Assembly (NCBI GenBank): GCA_030705955.1
Contig: JAUZPL010000012.1
Span: 6,833-70,832, forward strand
DNA length: 64,000 nt
Direction: 5' to 3'
Origin: Bacillota bacterium
GTDB lineage: Bacteria; Bacillota; Bacilli; Bacillales; Cytobacillaceae
Part shown: positions 9,131 through 17,944 of the stretch, one piece after another
Layout: each line of letters begins with the position of its first letter
Position numbering within the stretch: the first letter of the stretch is position 1
The notes under the pieces: model-generated
Database searches by the model: none
What the model was told of the DNA's origin: nothing
Seen by the model: the letters and a program-made list of their open reading frames with translations, nothing else
Position numbers and translations under genes: made by a program

Positions 9131-9833
9131 TCAGAAAAAGCCCGTGGTGGAAGTAAGACGTTTTTCGAAGGCATTTGTACTAGCACATGCCGTTAACGCA
9201 ATTTCTTTCTTAGCGTTATATATAACAGCCCTTCCAATGTATACTGACTTTTTTAACTGGCTGTATCCAGTTCTAGGCGGTCCAGCACAAGCTCGCTTAC
9301 TACACAGAATTTTTGCTTGTATATTTGTCACACCTACTATTATCTATTTAATTTTTGATGCAAAAGGATTTTTCTATTGGATGAAGGAGCTCATCACATG
9401 GAAAAAGCGGGATCTCCAATTTTTCTCGGAATTTGTTAAGGATCTCTTTGGTCTGAAATTTAAGCATGTAAAACAAACATTCTTTAATGCAGGAGAAAAA
9501 GTTAACTCTATCCTGCAAATCATTTGTGCAATTTTGATTATTTGTTCAGGGATTACTATGTGGTTTTCACAATACTTCCCAAGAGCAGTAGTCCAATGGG
9601 GGTATTTCTTCCACAATGTTGGATTTGCTCTAGCTATAGCCGTTGTTGTTGGGCATATTTATTTGAGTGTAATTCACAAAAACTCACGACCGGGCTATTC
9701 AGGTGTCGTTACAGGAAAAGTTCCTGCATGGTGGGCAAAAGATCACTATACCGAATGGTATGAGGATGAGGTTAAGAAAGGCAACTTCCCTAAGATACCT
9801 GATCCAAAACATACCAAGCATAAAGGTGCTTAA
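9123..9833 (+). CDS. Formate dehydrogenase gamma (cytochrome b, FdoI/FdnI-like) subunit
   Basis: Four predicted TM helices with conserved His. Start moved to ATG 9123, behind GGAGGTGG and overlapping the beta-subunit stop. Confidence 0.75.
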   Translation: MSNQKKPVVEVRRFSKAFVLAHAVNAISFLALYITALPMYTDFFNWLYPVLGGPAQARLLHRIFACIFVTPTIIYLIFDAKGFFYWMKELITWKKRDLQFFSEFVKDLFGLKFKHVKQTFFNAGEKVNSILQIICAILIICSGITMWFSQYFPRAVVQWGYFFHNVGFALAIAVVVGHIYLSVIHKNSRPGYSGVVTGKVPAWWAKDHYTEWYEDEVKKGNFPKIPDPKHTKHKGA

Positions 9834-9907
9834 GAATTGTAATAAATGGGGAATGGCTGTCAAATACCATGGCAGCCTTTCCTTAAAATGAAAGAGGTGG
9901 CAATCCT

Positions 9908-10717
9908 ATGAAAACATCTGTCGTATCCAAGGAATATCAAAATTTGCAAAAGGAAATTGCAGGGATACAAGAAAAGTGGAAAAATAGACTTAAACCTGAA
10001 TGGATCACAACTAAGCTTGACAAAGCTTCTTTAGAATCAGGTATTCCAGTACTTGCTTTAACCTCTTTTAACGTGAATATTCCACTGTTTTTACAGTGTA
10101 TAGAGGAAATAATAGAATTGTTAGAGAAATATAATGGAAACCTCTCAGATCAGCTATCCAGTTTAAAAAGCGGTTTAAACGATGTAGTAGCAGAGTACTG
10201 GGTTGAGGAGGCACTGTCATTAAATACCTTATATTTTAGCGGCTTTGCCCATGAGAATCATTTGGATGAATGGCTTCCACAATTTATTGCTGAAACTGCA
10301 ATTAGACCATATTTACAGCTTACGGCTGAAATGGTACAAGATCAGGTTCAGTATGGGAAACCGGGTGTAGGCTGTCCAGTTTGTGGTGAGCCTGTTCGTT
10401 TAGCACAGCTTGAAGAAGATGGTAAAAAAATTCTGCATTGTCCAAGATGCCTATGTCATTGGAATGCTAGCAGGTTAACTTGTTCCCATTGTGGAAATAG
10501 TAATCATGAAAAAATTCAATTTTTGACAATTGATGAAGATCCAGCCTCACAAATTCAAGTTTGTGAAGAATGTAAAGGGTATACAAAGATTATTGATACA
10601 AGGCAATACATTACAAAACCAATTGCCTCTTTACTTGATCTTTCCACGATCCATCTAGACTTTATTGCACAAGAAAATGGATATATGGCTATAGGAGAAA
10701 AGAAAGAATCCAATTAA
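9908..10717 (+). CDS. fdhE: FdhE formate dehydrogenase maturation protein
   Basis: 269 aa with four CxxC pairs (CPVCG, CPRC, CSHCG, CEEC) in the C-terminal half. Confidence 0.8.
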   Translation: MKTSVVSKEYQNLQKEIAGIQEKWKNRLKPEWITTKLDKASLESGIPVLALTSFNVNIPLFLQCIEEIIELLEKYNGNLSDQLSSLKSGLNDVVAEYWVEEALSLNTLYFSGFAHENHLDEWLPQFIAETAIRPYLQLTAEMVQDQVQYGKPGVGCPVCGEPVRLAQLEEDGKKILHCPRCLCHWNASRLTCSHCGNSNHEKIQFLTIDEDPASQIQVCEECKGYTKIIDTRQYITKPIASLLDLSTIHLDFIAQENGYMAIGEKKESN

Positions 10718-10734
10718 TAAGAAGGTGCAGGGAA

Positions 10735-11346
10735 ATGGTTGCAGGGGCTATTATTTTATCAGGTGGAAAATCAAGTAGAATGGGTACAAATAAGGCCCTT
10801 CTTAAAATAAATGAAATAACCAATATTGAACGAGTTAAAAATCAACTAATGGAATCCTTTCAAGATATCATTCTTGTAACCAATGAACCGAATGAATATG
10901 AGTTTTTAAATATAAGGATGACTTCCGATCAGTATCCCGGAAAGGGACCACTTGCGGGTCTTCATGCAGGTTTAGTAGATTCAGATCATGATGTAAATTT
11001 GGTTGTTGCCTGTGACATGCCGTTTGTCTCTAACGAGTTAGCTTGCTATTTTGTAGAGGCAATTGGTGATTATGATGCTGTTATTCCTATTATTAATGGA
11101 AAACAGCATCCTTTGTTTTCTGTTTTTAAAAAGCATGTTATAGATCAAATAGAGGATAGCTTAAAAAGTGACCGTCTTCGAATGAAACATCTGCTTGAGC
11201 AGATTCATGTTCGTTTTATGACGGAAAAGGACTTGGAGAAGGTTAGGTTAGAGAATCTAGAAAGAATCTTTTTTAATATGAATAACCCCACAGAATATGA
11301 AGATGCAAAAAAATGGGCGAAAGAAGACAATCAAAAAGGGGTGTAA
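10735..11346 (+). CDS. mobA: Molybdenum cofactor guanylyltransferase MobA
   Basis: 203 aa with N-terminal LSGGKSSRMGTNKALL motif. Confidence 0.85.
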   Translation: MVAGAIILSGGKSSRMGTNKALLKINEITNIERVKNQLMESFQDIILVTNEPNEYEFLNIRMTSDQYPGKGPLAGLHAGLVDSDHDVNLVVACDMPFVSNELACYFVEAIGDYDAVIPIINGKQHPLFSVFKKHVIDQIEDSLKSDRLRMKHLLEQIHVRFMTEKDLEKVRLENLERIFFNMNNPTEYEDAKKWAKEDNQKGV

Positions 11347-11350
11347 ATTC

Positions 11351-12580
11351 ATGAAGTTTTTTAAAGTAAAGACAGTTGAAGAAACATTTGCATTAATCGA
11401 TGAATGTGTACCTGTAATAGAAAAAACGGAAATTCGAGCACTTGAAGAGGCTCTTCATTATATTTTAGCAGAACCTATTATAGCAAAAGAAAATGTTCCG
11501 GGATTTGACCGTTCCACTGTAGATGGTTATGCGGTTATGGCTGAGGATACATATGGTTCATCAGAGTCAATGCCAGGCTTTTTATCGGTAGTCGGGGAAG
11601 TAAAAATGGGAGAAGAAGCAACACATTCTATTGGACATGGTGAGGCCATTTATGTTCCAACAGGGGGAATGCTCCCACCAGGCAGTAACAGTGTGATCAT
11701 GATTGAGCATTGCGAAGAAATTGCCGGCCTTTTAAATACATATAAGCAAATTGCACCTGGAGAAAATATTATTCGAGCTGGAGATGACATCAAAGAAGGA
11801 GAAGTCCTCCTTCAAAAAGGGGCGAAGCTTAGACCACAGGAATTAGGAGCCATTGCTGCTCTGGGAATTTCCCATGTAACAGTATATAGAAGAATAAAAG
11901 TAGCATACCTTTCATCAGGAGATGAAATTGTCCCATTTCAAACAGAAAGGCTCGAGATTGGGCAAATAAGGGATATCAACCATCTAACCATAATTGGGCT
12001 GGCACAGGAATGGGGTCATGATGTCGAATATGGCGGAATTGTTAAAGACAATGTTGAAGTCTTTTTGCAAAAAGCACGTGAACTCTATGAAAACGCAGAT
12101 TGTTTAATACTTTCTGGAGGAAGTTCAGTTGGTGCTAAAGACTATACCACAGATGTCATTGAATCACTTGGAAAGCCCGGTGTATTTGTTCATGGTATTT
12201 CAGTTAAGCCGGGAAAGCCCACTATTTTGGCTATTGCAGACGGAAAGCCTGTTATTGGGCTGCCAGGGCACCCAGCATCAGCCATGATTATTTTCCGTCT
12301 ATTCGGACAAAGAATTTTACAAAAGCTAAAAGGGGAACGATTAGAGAAAAAGCCTGATCGTATTTATGCACGAATAACAAAAAATATCCCTTCCTCACCA
12401 GGTAGATCTGACTATATCAGAGTGAAATTAGTTGATCGGGAAGGTGAATGGTGGGCAGAGCCTATCATTGGAAAGTCCGGCCTTATTACAACATTGGTTA
12501 AAAGCGATGGCATCGTTGAAATCATGTCTGAAAAAGAGGGAATTGCACAGGGAGAATATGTTCCTGTTATTTTAACGTAA
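11351..12580 (+). CDS. moeA: Molybdopterin molybdenumtransferase MoeA
   Basis: About 409 aa. Start moved to ATG 11351 behind AAAGGGGTG. MoeA motifs FDRSTVDGYAV, GGSSVGAKDY, PGKP, LPGHPAS. Confidence 0.85.
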   Translation: MKFFKVKTVEETFALIDECVPVIEKTEIRALEEALHYILAEPIIAKENVPGFDRSTVDGYAVMAEDTYGSSESMPGFLSVVGEVKMGEEATHSIGHGEAIYVPTGGMLPPGSNSVIMIEHCEEIAGLLNTYKQIAPGENIIRAGDDIKEGEVLLQKGAKLRPQELGAIAALGISHVTVYRRIKVAYLSSGDEIVPFQTERLEIGQIRDINHLTIIGLAQEWGHDVEYGGIVKDNVEVFLQKARELYENADCLILSGGSSVGAKDYTTDVIESLGKPGVFVHGISVKPGKPTILAIADGKPVIGLPGHPASAMIIFRLFGQRILQKLKGERLEKKPDRIYARITKNIPSSPGRSDYIRVKLVDREGEWWAEPIIGKSGLITTLVKSDGIVEIMSEKEGIAQGEYVPVILT

Positions 12581-12618
12581 CTTAAAGTAATTCTTACAAT
12601 TGACTAGAGAAGAAATGT

Positions 12619-12727
12619 CTAGCTCCAGCGCCTAGCCCTTCGAGGTCTTAAGCCGTCCCCCTCCGGAGGTCAGGACCGTCCTGTGGGTGCCGTCTTAAGC
12701 TTGTCGGGGCTGACCAAGGCGCTTGCA
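12619..12727. repeat. GC-rich (~65% by hand count) imperfect long palindrome / structured element between the two moeA genes
   Basis: AGCGCC..AGCCC (12627..12638) pairs with GGGCT..GGCGCT (12707..12723). Inner CTTAAG arms and CAGGAccgTCCTG. No ORF. Confidence 0.6.
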
Positions 12728-12753
12728 CTTTTCTGATTAGGGGGGACCTTTAA

Positions 12754-14688
12754 ATGGATCAAAAACGATATAAACGAAAAATTTATTTACAAGACAAACC
12801 CCGGGAGGAGGCTAAAAGTGAATTACTGGCTGCCTTCCAATTGCCCATTGAAAAAGAAATTATAAAATCTACAGATGCATTAGGCCGTTCCACGGCAGAA
12901 CCGATTTTTGCCCATGCCTCTATGCCTCACTATCATGCTTCGGCGATGGATGGAATAGCTGTTTTAGCTGAAGAGACTTATTTTGCACATGAACATCATC
13001 CGCTCCATTTAAGGCTGGGTGAACAATTTGTTTTTGTGGATACAGGTAATGCGATTCCTTCACCATTTAATGCTGTCATTATGATTGAGGATGTAAACAT
13101 GATTGATGAAGAAACCATTGAAATTATTGAACCCGCAACACCTTGGCAGCATATTCGGCCAATTGGAGAAGATATTGTCCAGGAGGAGATGCTTTTTCCT
13201 CAGGGTCATATTTTAAGGCCAGCTGATTTAGGAGTTTTGCTTGCATCAAAACTCACGATGGTACCAGTCATTAAAAAACCGCTTGTAACCATTATTCCAA
13301 CTGGAAATGAGCTTGTAAATGCAGATTCTGCACTAATGTCCGGCCGAATTATCGAATTCAATGGGACCGTTTTTGCAAACTTTGTTAGCCAATGGGGCGG
13401 TGAACCCATTCTTCAGGACATCGTAAGAGATGAGCCCGAGAAAATCAAAGAAGCCTTATTAAAGGCAGCAGAGGTTTCAGATATTGTCGTTATAAATGCA
13501 GGTTCATCAGCTGGCTCAAAAGACTATACTGTCCATATCATAAATGAAATTGGAACTGTTTTTACTCATGGGGTCGCCGCAAGGCCTGGGAAGCCCGTCA
13601 TCCTAGGGAAAATAAACGGAAAAATAGTGGTAGGTGTGCCCGGATATCCTGTTTCCGCTTATCTTGCCCTAGAATGGTTTGTGAGACCGCTTATTTGTAA
13701 GTATTTAAATATACCAGAACCAAAAAGGCAAACACTTCCTGTTAAGCTAGGTCGCCGAATTGTTTCATCCATGGGCGCAGAGGATTTTGTCAGAATGAAT
13801 ATAGGCTATGTGAATGGACAGTATGTCGCCAATCCCTTAACAAGAGCTGCTGGTGTGACCATGTCCTATGTAAGAGCAGATGGAATGCTTATTGTTCCTA
13901 CTGATCAGATTGGATATGAACAGGGTGACATAGTGGAGGTGGAGCTGTTAAAGCCACTCCATGAAATTCAACATGCCATTGTATTTTGTGGAAGCCATGA
14001 TTTAACGATAGACCTCATTTCCGCTAACATTAAGAAAGAGCGCCATGATATGAAGGTAGTTTCTTCTCATGTAGGCAGTATGGCAGGAATTATGGCGATA
14101 AGAAAAGGCGAAGCACATGTAGCGGGCATTCATTTGCTTGATACCGATACAATGCAATATAATGTTCCGTATGTAAGTAAATTATTATCCGGTCTTGATG
14201 TCGTATTATATCCATTTCTAAAGCGGAAGCAAGGATGGATGGTCGCTAAGGGAAATCCATTAGAAATTAAAAGTGTGGAGGACCTTGTAAAACGCAACGC
14301 TCATTATATTAATCGTCAAAAAGGTGCCGGTACGAGAATTTTATTTGACTTATTACTAAAAGAAGCGGGATTGTCTCCAGAACAAATAACAGGCTATGGC
14401 CGTGAAATGTTCTCCCACCTTGCTGTTGCTGCAGAAGTAAAAGGAAATGAAAATGCAGTTGGTCTCGGGATTTACCCTGCAGCAAGGTCCATGGATTTAT
14501 CGTTTGTGCCTGTTGCAGACGAAGAGTATGATTTAATTATGACAAGGTCCTTTTTTGAAAGCGAAAAAGGTGTACTACTTCGAAGCGTGATTGAATCCCC
14601 TTCCTTTAAACTAGAGGTAGAAAAAATTGGCGGTTATGAGGTAGTAGCAGGAACAATGTCAAAAACATTGCAGCTGGTGACGGAGTAA
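12754..14688 (+). CDS. MoeA-like molybdopterin transferase fused to a C-terminal periplasmic-binding-protein-like (putative oxyanion-binding) domain
   Basis: 644 aa. N-terminal ~400 aa has MoeA motifs (SAMDGIAV, AGSSAGSKDY, RPGKP, VPGYPVS). C-terminal ~235 aa resembles PBP type-2 / LysR-effector fold domains. Confidence 0.75.
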   Translation: MDQKRYKRKIYLQDKPREEAKSELLAAFQLPIEKEIIKSTDALGRSTAEPIFAHASMPHYHASAMDGIAVLAEETYFAHEHHPLHLRLGEQFVFVDTGNAIPSPFNAVIMIEDVNMIDEETIEIIEPATPWQHIRPIGEDIVQEEMLFPQGHILRPADLGVLLASKLTMVPVIKKPLVTIIPTGNELVNADSALMSGRIIEFNGTVFANFVSQWGGEPILQDIVRDEPEKIKEALLKAAEVSDIVVINAGSSAGSKDYTVHIINEIGTVFTHGVAARPGKPVILGKINGKIVVGVPGYPVSAYLALEWFVRPLICKYLNIPEPKRQTLPVKLGRRIVSSMGAEDFVRMNIGYVNGQYVANPLTRAAGVTMSYVRADGMLIVPTDQIGYEQGDIVEVELLKPLHEIQHAIVFCGSHDLTIDLISANIKKERHDMKVVSSHVGSMAGIMAIRKGEAHVAGIHLLDTDTMQYNVPYVSKLLSGLDVVLYPFLKRKQGWMVAKGNPLEIKSVEDLVKRNAHYINRQKGAGTRILFDLLLKEAGLSPEQITGYGREMFSHLAVAAEVKGNENAVGLGIYPAARSMDLSFVPVADEEYDLIMTRSFFESEKGVLLRSVIESPSFKLEVEKIGGYEVVAGTMSKTLQLVTE

Positions 14689-14702
14689 AAGAGGTGCATT
14701 TG

Positions 14703-15167
14703 ATGAATTATGAGATTTCAAAAGAAGCCATTGATATCCAGGCTATTATTAATAAAGTGGTCCGGCGTGACGTAGGTGCCATAACGACCTTTATTGGAAC
14801 GGTTCGTGAATTAACAAAAGGGAAAAAAACGTTGTTTCTTATATATGAGGCCTATGAATCGATGGCTGTAAAAAAGCTCGAACAAATTGGCAAGGAAATA
14901 GAAGAACGTTGGCAAGGCTCCGTGGTTGCGATAACCCACCGTGTAGGCAGGCTGGAAATCACAGATGTAGCGGTGGTCATTGCGGTATCAACTCCCCATC
15001 GTGCAGATGCTTATGAAGCCAATCGATATGCAATTGAACGTATAAAGGAAATTGTTCCGATTTGGAAGAAAGAGCATTGGGAGGATGGAGAGTCCTGGAT
15101 GGGTAATCAATTAGAAACAGTGGCATATCCAAAAGGACGGCCAGAGGAGAAGGATCTAAATGAATAA
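14703..15167 (+). CDS. moaE: Molybdopterin synthase catalytic subunit MoaE
   Basis: About 154 aa. Start moved to ATG 14703 (AAGAGGTG 6 nt upstream). FIGTVRE and PIWKKE motifs. Confidence 0.85.
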   Translation: MNYEISKEAIDIQAIINKVVRRDVGAITTFIGTVRELTKGKKTLFLIYEAYESMAVKKLEQIGKEIEERWQGSVVAITHRVGRLEITDVAVVIAVSTPHRADAYEANRYAIERIKEIVPIWKKEHWEDGESWMGNQLETVAYPKGRPEEKDLNE

Positions 15168-15393
15168 AGTGATGTTTTTTGCCCATTTACGGGATAAAGT
15201 TGGGAAAGAATGTTTATTAATAGAGGCATCAGGAAAAACAGTTGCTGAATTAAAGGCAGAAATAACAAAAGAATATAGCTTGGACAAAATGGATACCGTT
15301 ATGACGGCTATTAATGAGGAATTTGCAGGAAATGAAGAAATAATCCAGGATGAGGATGTTATTGCCTTTATACCGCCGGTAAGCGGTGGATAA
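15160..15393 (+). CDS. moaD: Molybdopterin synthase sulfur-carrier subunit MoaD
   Basis: 77 aa ending in the PPVSGG di-glycine. Overlaps the moaE stop. Confidence 0.85.
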   Translation: MNKVMFFAHLRDKVGKECLLIEASGKTVAELKAEITKEYSLDKMDTVMTAINEEFAGNEEIIQDEDVIAFIPPVSGG

Positions 15394-15409
15394 GGGGGGA
15401 AACCATACA

Positions 15410-16429
15410 ATGAAGGATCGATATTCACGGCAAACTTTATTTCCTGGCATAGGAAAAAAAGGGCAGGAAAAAATTAGTCAAAAACACGTGCTCATTATTG
15501 GAGCAGGCGCCCTTGGATCCGGAAATGCTGAAGTATTGACAAGAGCAGGTGCAGGGAAAATAACCTTAATTGACAGGGATTATGTTGAAGAAAGTAATCT
15601 TCAGCGCCAGCAGCTTTATACGGAAGAGGATGTATGGGAAAAACTTCCGAAAGCTGCTGCAGCTAAAAAACGGCTGAATGCAATCAATTCCGATGTTGAA
15701 ATTATTTCAATTATAGGTGATGCGACACCAGAAGTATTAGAGGATCAAATAAAGGGTATAGATGTCATCATTGATGCAACAGATAATTTTGAAACAAGAA
15801 TGGCCATAAATGATATCTCACAAAAATATAATGTTCCATGGATTTACGGAGCATGTGTTGGCAGTTTTGGGATGAGCTTCACCATTATCCCTGGAAAAAC
15901 TCCATGTTTAAACTGCCTTCTAAGGACGATACCTATGCAAGGCATGACATGTGATACAGGAGGAATTATTTCTCCAGCCGTTCAAATGGTCATCGCCCAT
16001 CAAACCGCAGAAGCTTTAAAAATACTGGCAGAGGATTATGAATCGCTAAGAAACTCCTTTGTCAGCTTTGATTTATGGCGCAATCAATACACAAGTATGA
16101 AAATGTCAAAGGCTAAATTTTCAGGCTGTCTATCCTGTGGGGACAATAGAACCTACCCTTACCTTGATCGCGATAGCATGACCAAAACAATGCTGTTATG
16201 TGGCAGAGATACAGTACAAATTCGTCCACCTGTTACAGGAGAAATTTCACTAGAACAGCTTGCAGGGCAGCTTTCCACCCTCGGGTATAAGGTAAAAGGG
16301 AACCCCTATTTATTATCCGTTGAAATGGAAAAAGAACGTATGGTTATTTTTAAGGATGGGAGAGCTCTCATTCACGGAACAAAAGACTTAACACACGCAA
16401 AGTCTATTTATCAAAGGATATTAGGATAA
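15410..16429 (+). CDS. moeB: MoeB/ThiF-family adenylyltransferase (MoaD activation)
   Basis: YSRQ start motif and Rossmann IIGAGALGS. Start moved to ATG 15410 behind AAGGGGGGA. CxxC pairs (CLNC, CLSC). Confidence 0.8.
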   Translation: MKDRYSRQTLFPGIGKKGQEKISQKHVLIIGAGALGSGNAEVLTRAGAGKITLIDRDYVEESNLQRQQLYTEEDVWEKLPKAAAAKKRLNAINSDVEIISIIGDATPEVLEDQIKGIDVIIDATDNFETRMAINDISQKYNVPWIYGACVGSFGMSFTIIPGKTPCLNCLLRTIPMQGMTCDTGGIISPAVQMVIAHQTAEALKILAEDYESLRNSFVSFDLWRNQYTSMKMSKAKFSGCLSCGDNRTYPYLDRDSMTKTMLLCGRDTVQIRPPVTGEISLEQLAGQLSTLGYKVKGNPYLLSVEMEKERMVIFKDGRALIHGTKDLTHAKSIYQRILG

Positions 16430-16435
16430 ATGGCT

Positions 16436-16470
16436 GCCAGCTCGTACAAAATGTACGGGCTTTTCTTTTC
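16436..16470 (+). terminator. Terminator of the fdh-Moco transcription unit
   Basis: CGTACA-aaa-TGTACG core hairpin followed by TTTTCTTTTCT. Confidence 0.55.
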
Positions 16471-16596
16471 TCAAAATTCACGTTGATTAAATTGGAAAAG
16501 TCTATCATATACTAAACCTAAATGAAAAATGCTTATTAATCGAAGAATAGGTTGACATCATGTACAATGAAGATAGATTGCGAGGTGTAGATTGCA

Positions 16597-16860
16597 ATGA
16601 CAATTTCTTTTCAAAAGCTATTATCAAAAATAGAAGAAGAATTAAAACTGGCAAAATTAAGTGCCAAAGAGGAAAGTTTAAGGGAAAAGGTTTACTCTAT
16701 TAAAATATTATGCGAGTTAATCCTTGATGAAAAACAAGCGGAGCATGAAGGCACCCCCACATTTGCAGTAACTGAACAGCAAATAACCTTTACTCTAAAT
16801 CCAACAGGAAAAATAATAGCAGAAGAAGATGCAAATGGAGAATCATTATTAGATTTTTAA
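16597..16860 (+). CDS. ywdI: Small YwdI-like protein
   Basis: 87 aa coiled-coil-like protein, placed before the DUF423 gene as in B. subtilis ywdI-ywdK. Confidence 0.5.
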   Translation: MTISFQKLLSKIEEELKLAKLSAKEESLREKVYSIKILCELILDEKQAEHEGTPTFAVTEQQITFTLNPTGKIIAEEDANGESLLDF

Positions 16861-16875
16861 GAGAGGAGAAAAAGA

Positions 16876-17247
16876 ATGAAGATCTTTATTATTTTAGGGG
16901 CTATTAATGCCTTTTTAGCCGTTGCACTTGGCGCATTTGGAGCGCATGGCCTTGCTGACAAGCTTGAGCCAAAGTATTTGGATATTTGGAAAACGGGAGT
17001 TACTTATCAAATGTTCCATGCAACTGGCTTGCTAGTGATCGGTCTATTAGTAGGTAAAATAGCGCAAAGCTCCCTTTTTATGTGGTCTGGGTGGCTCATG
17101 CTGATAGGTATTATTTTATTTAGCGGAAGTCTTTACATTTTAAGTGTTACAAAAATAGGCATATTAGGCGCCATTACACCTTTAGGAGGTCTATGCTTCC
17201 TAGCCTCTTGGGTTCTTGTTATCATTGGTGCTGTAAAACATTTATAG
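16876..17247 (+). CDS. ywdK: DUF423 membrane protein (YwdK-like)
   Basis: 123 aa, four TM helices, GAFGAHG motif. Confidence 0.75.
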   Translation: MKIFIILGAINAFLAVALGAFGAHGLADKLEPKYLDIWKTGVTYQMFHATGLLVIGLLVGKIAQSSLFMWSGWLMLIGIILFSGSLYILSVTKIGILGAITPLGGLCFLASWVLVIIGAVKHL

Positions 17248-17279
17248 AAAAAGGAGCCAAAAAAATGGCTCCTTTTCTA
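17246..17279. terminator. Bidirectional terminator between ywdK and gerQ
   Basis: AAGGAGCCA-aaaaaa-TGGCTCCTT flanked by an A-run and a T-run. Confidence 0.75.
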
Positions 17280-17285
17280 TGTGTT

Positions 17286-17729
17286 TTATCTTGGAGGATA
17301 TGTTGATAATGAAGGTGCTGCAGCGAATGGATATTCATATTCAATTGGTTCCTTAAACTGAATGTAGTCAACCGCAACCATAGGAATTAAATAGCGGGCA
17401 CCTGTTTGGGGATCACTTAAAATAACATGATCTCGGCCTGCTGCTTCAATAACTCCATCAAATTCTTTTGCATTCCATTCTTTATTATTTTCAAATGTTG
17501 CAAAAAGCTTAATTAATTTCCCTTTGTTCAATCTTAAAATATTTTCAATATAGGATTGCTCTATTGGCAATTGTCCTGGTAATTGTCCGCTAACAGTAGT
17601 AGGAGTAGGGGCGCTTGTAGGCATTGGAATATTCATGCCTACAGAAGGCGGTACTTGTTGACTAGGGTAAGGAGTTTGTTGCCCACCACCTGTATAAGGC
17701 TGAAATCCTTGTGGAAAGTATTGATTCAT
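17286..17729 (-). CDS. gerQ: Spore coat protein GerQ
   Basis: 147 aa. Gln/Pro-rich N-terminus, conserved C-terminal domain (LIKLFATFENNKEWNAKEF...DHVILSDPQTG). Confidence 0.8.
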   Translation of the reverse strand: MNQYFPQGFQPYTGGGQQTPYPSQQVPPSVGMNIPMPTSAPTPTTVSGQLPGQLPIEQSYIENILRLNKGKLIKLFATFENNKEWNAKEFDGVIEAAGRDHVILSDPQTGARYLIPMVAVDYIQFKEPIEYEYPFAAAPSLSTYPPR

Positions 17730-17907
17730 TATTTTTCCCTCCTAAAAAAGTAATTAAAAAAATGAATAGGTATCCTTTGTAAAAAGGAGCCTAACTCTAT
17801 ATCTCACCTCTCTTTAAAGAGTACCTCATCCAATTTGGAAAGAATCGCTGTTTAAATAGTATGAGAGGACATATAGAAAAATGCCTGTATAAGAGGAAAA
17901 AATGGAA

Positions 17908-17938
17908 TAAAAAAAGGGTGACGAGCAATAGTCACCCC
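17908..17938 (-). terminator. Terminator downstream of chdC
   Basis: GGGTGAC-N8-GTCACCC with a T-run on the minus strand. Confidence 0.7.
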
Positions 17939-17944
17939 ATTCAC

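Noticed and set aside
12619-12727. Calling the GC-rich element a Moco riboswitch outright.
   Set aside because: The genomic context fits, but I cannot reproduce the Moco motif consensus from memory well enough to match it. The near-perfect long palindrome looks more like a REP-type element. It is reported as an open question instead.
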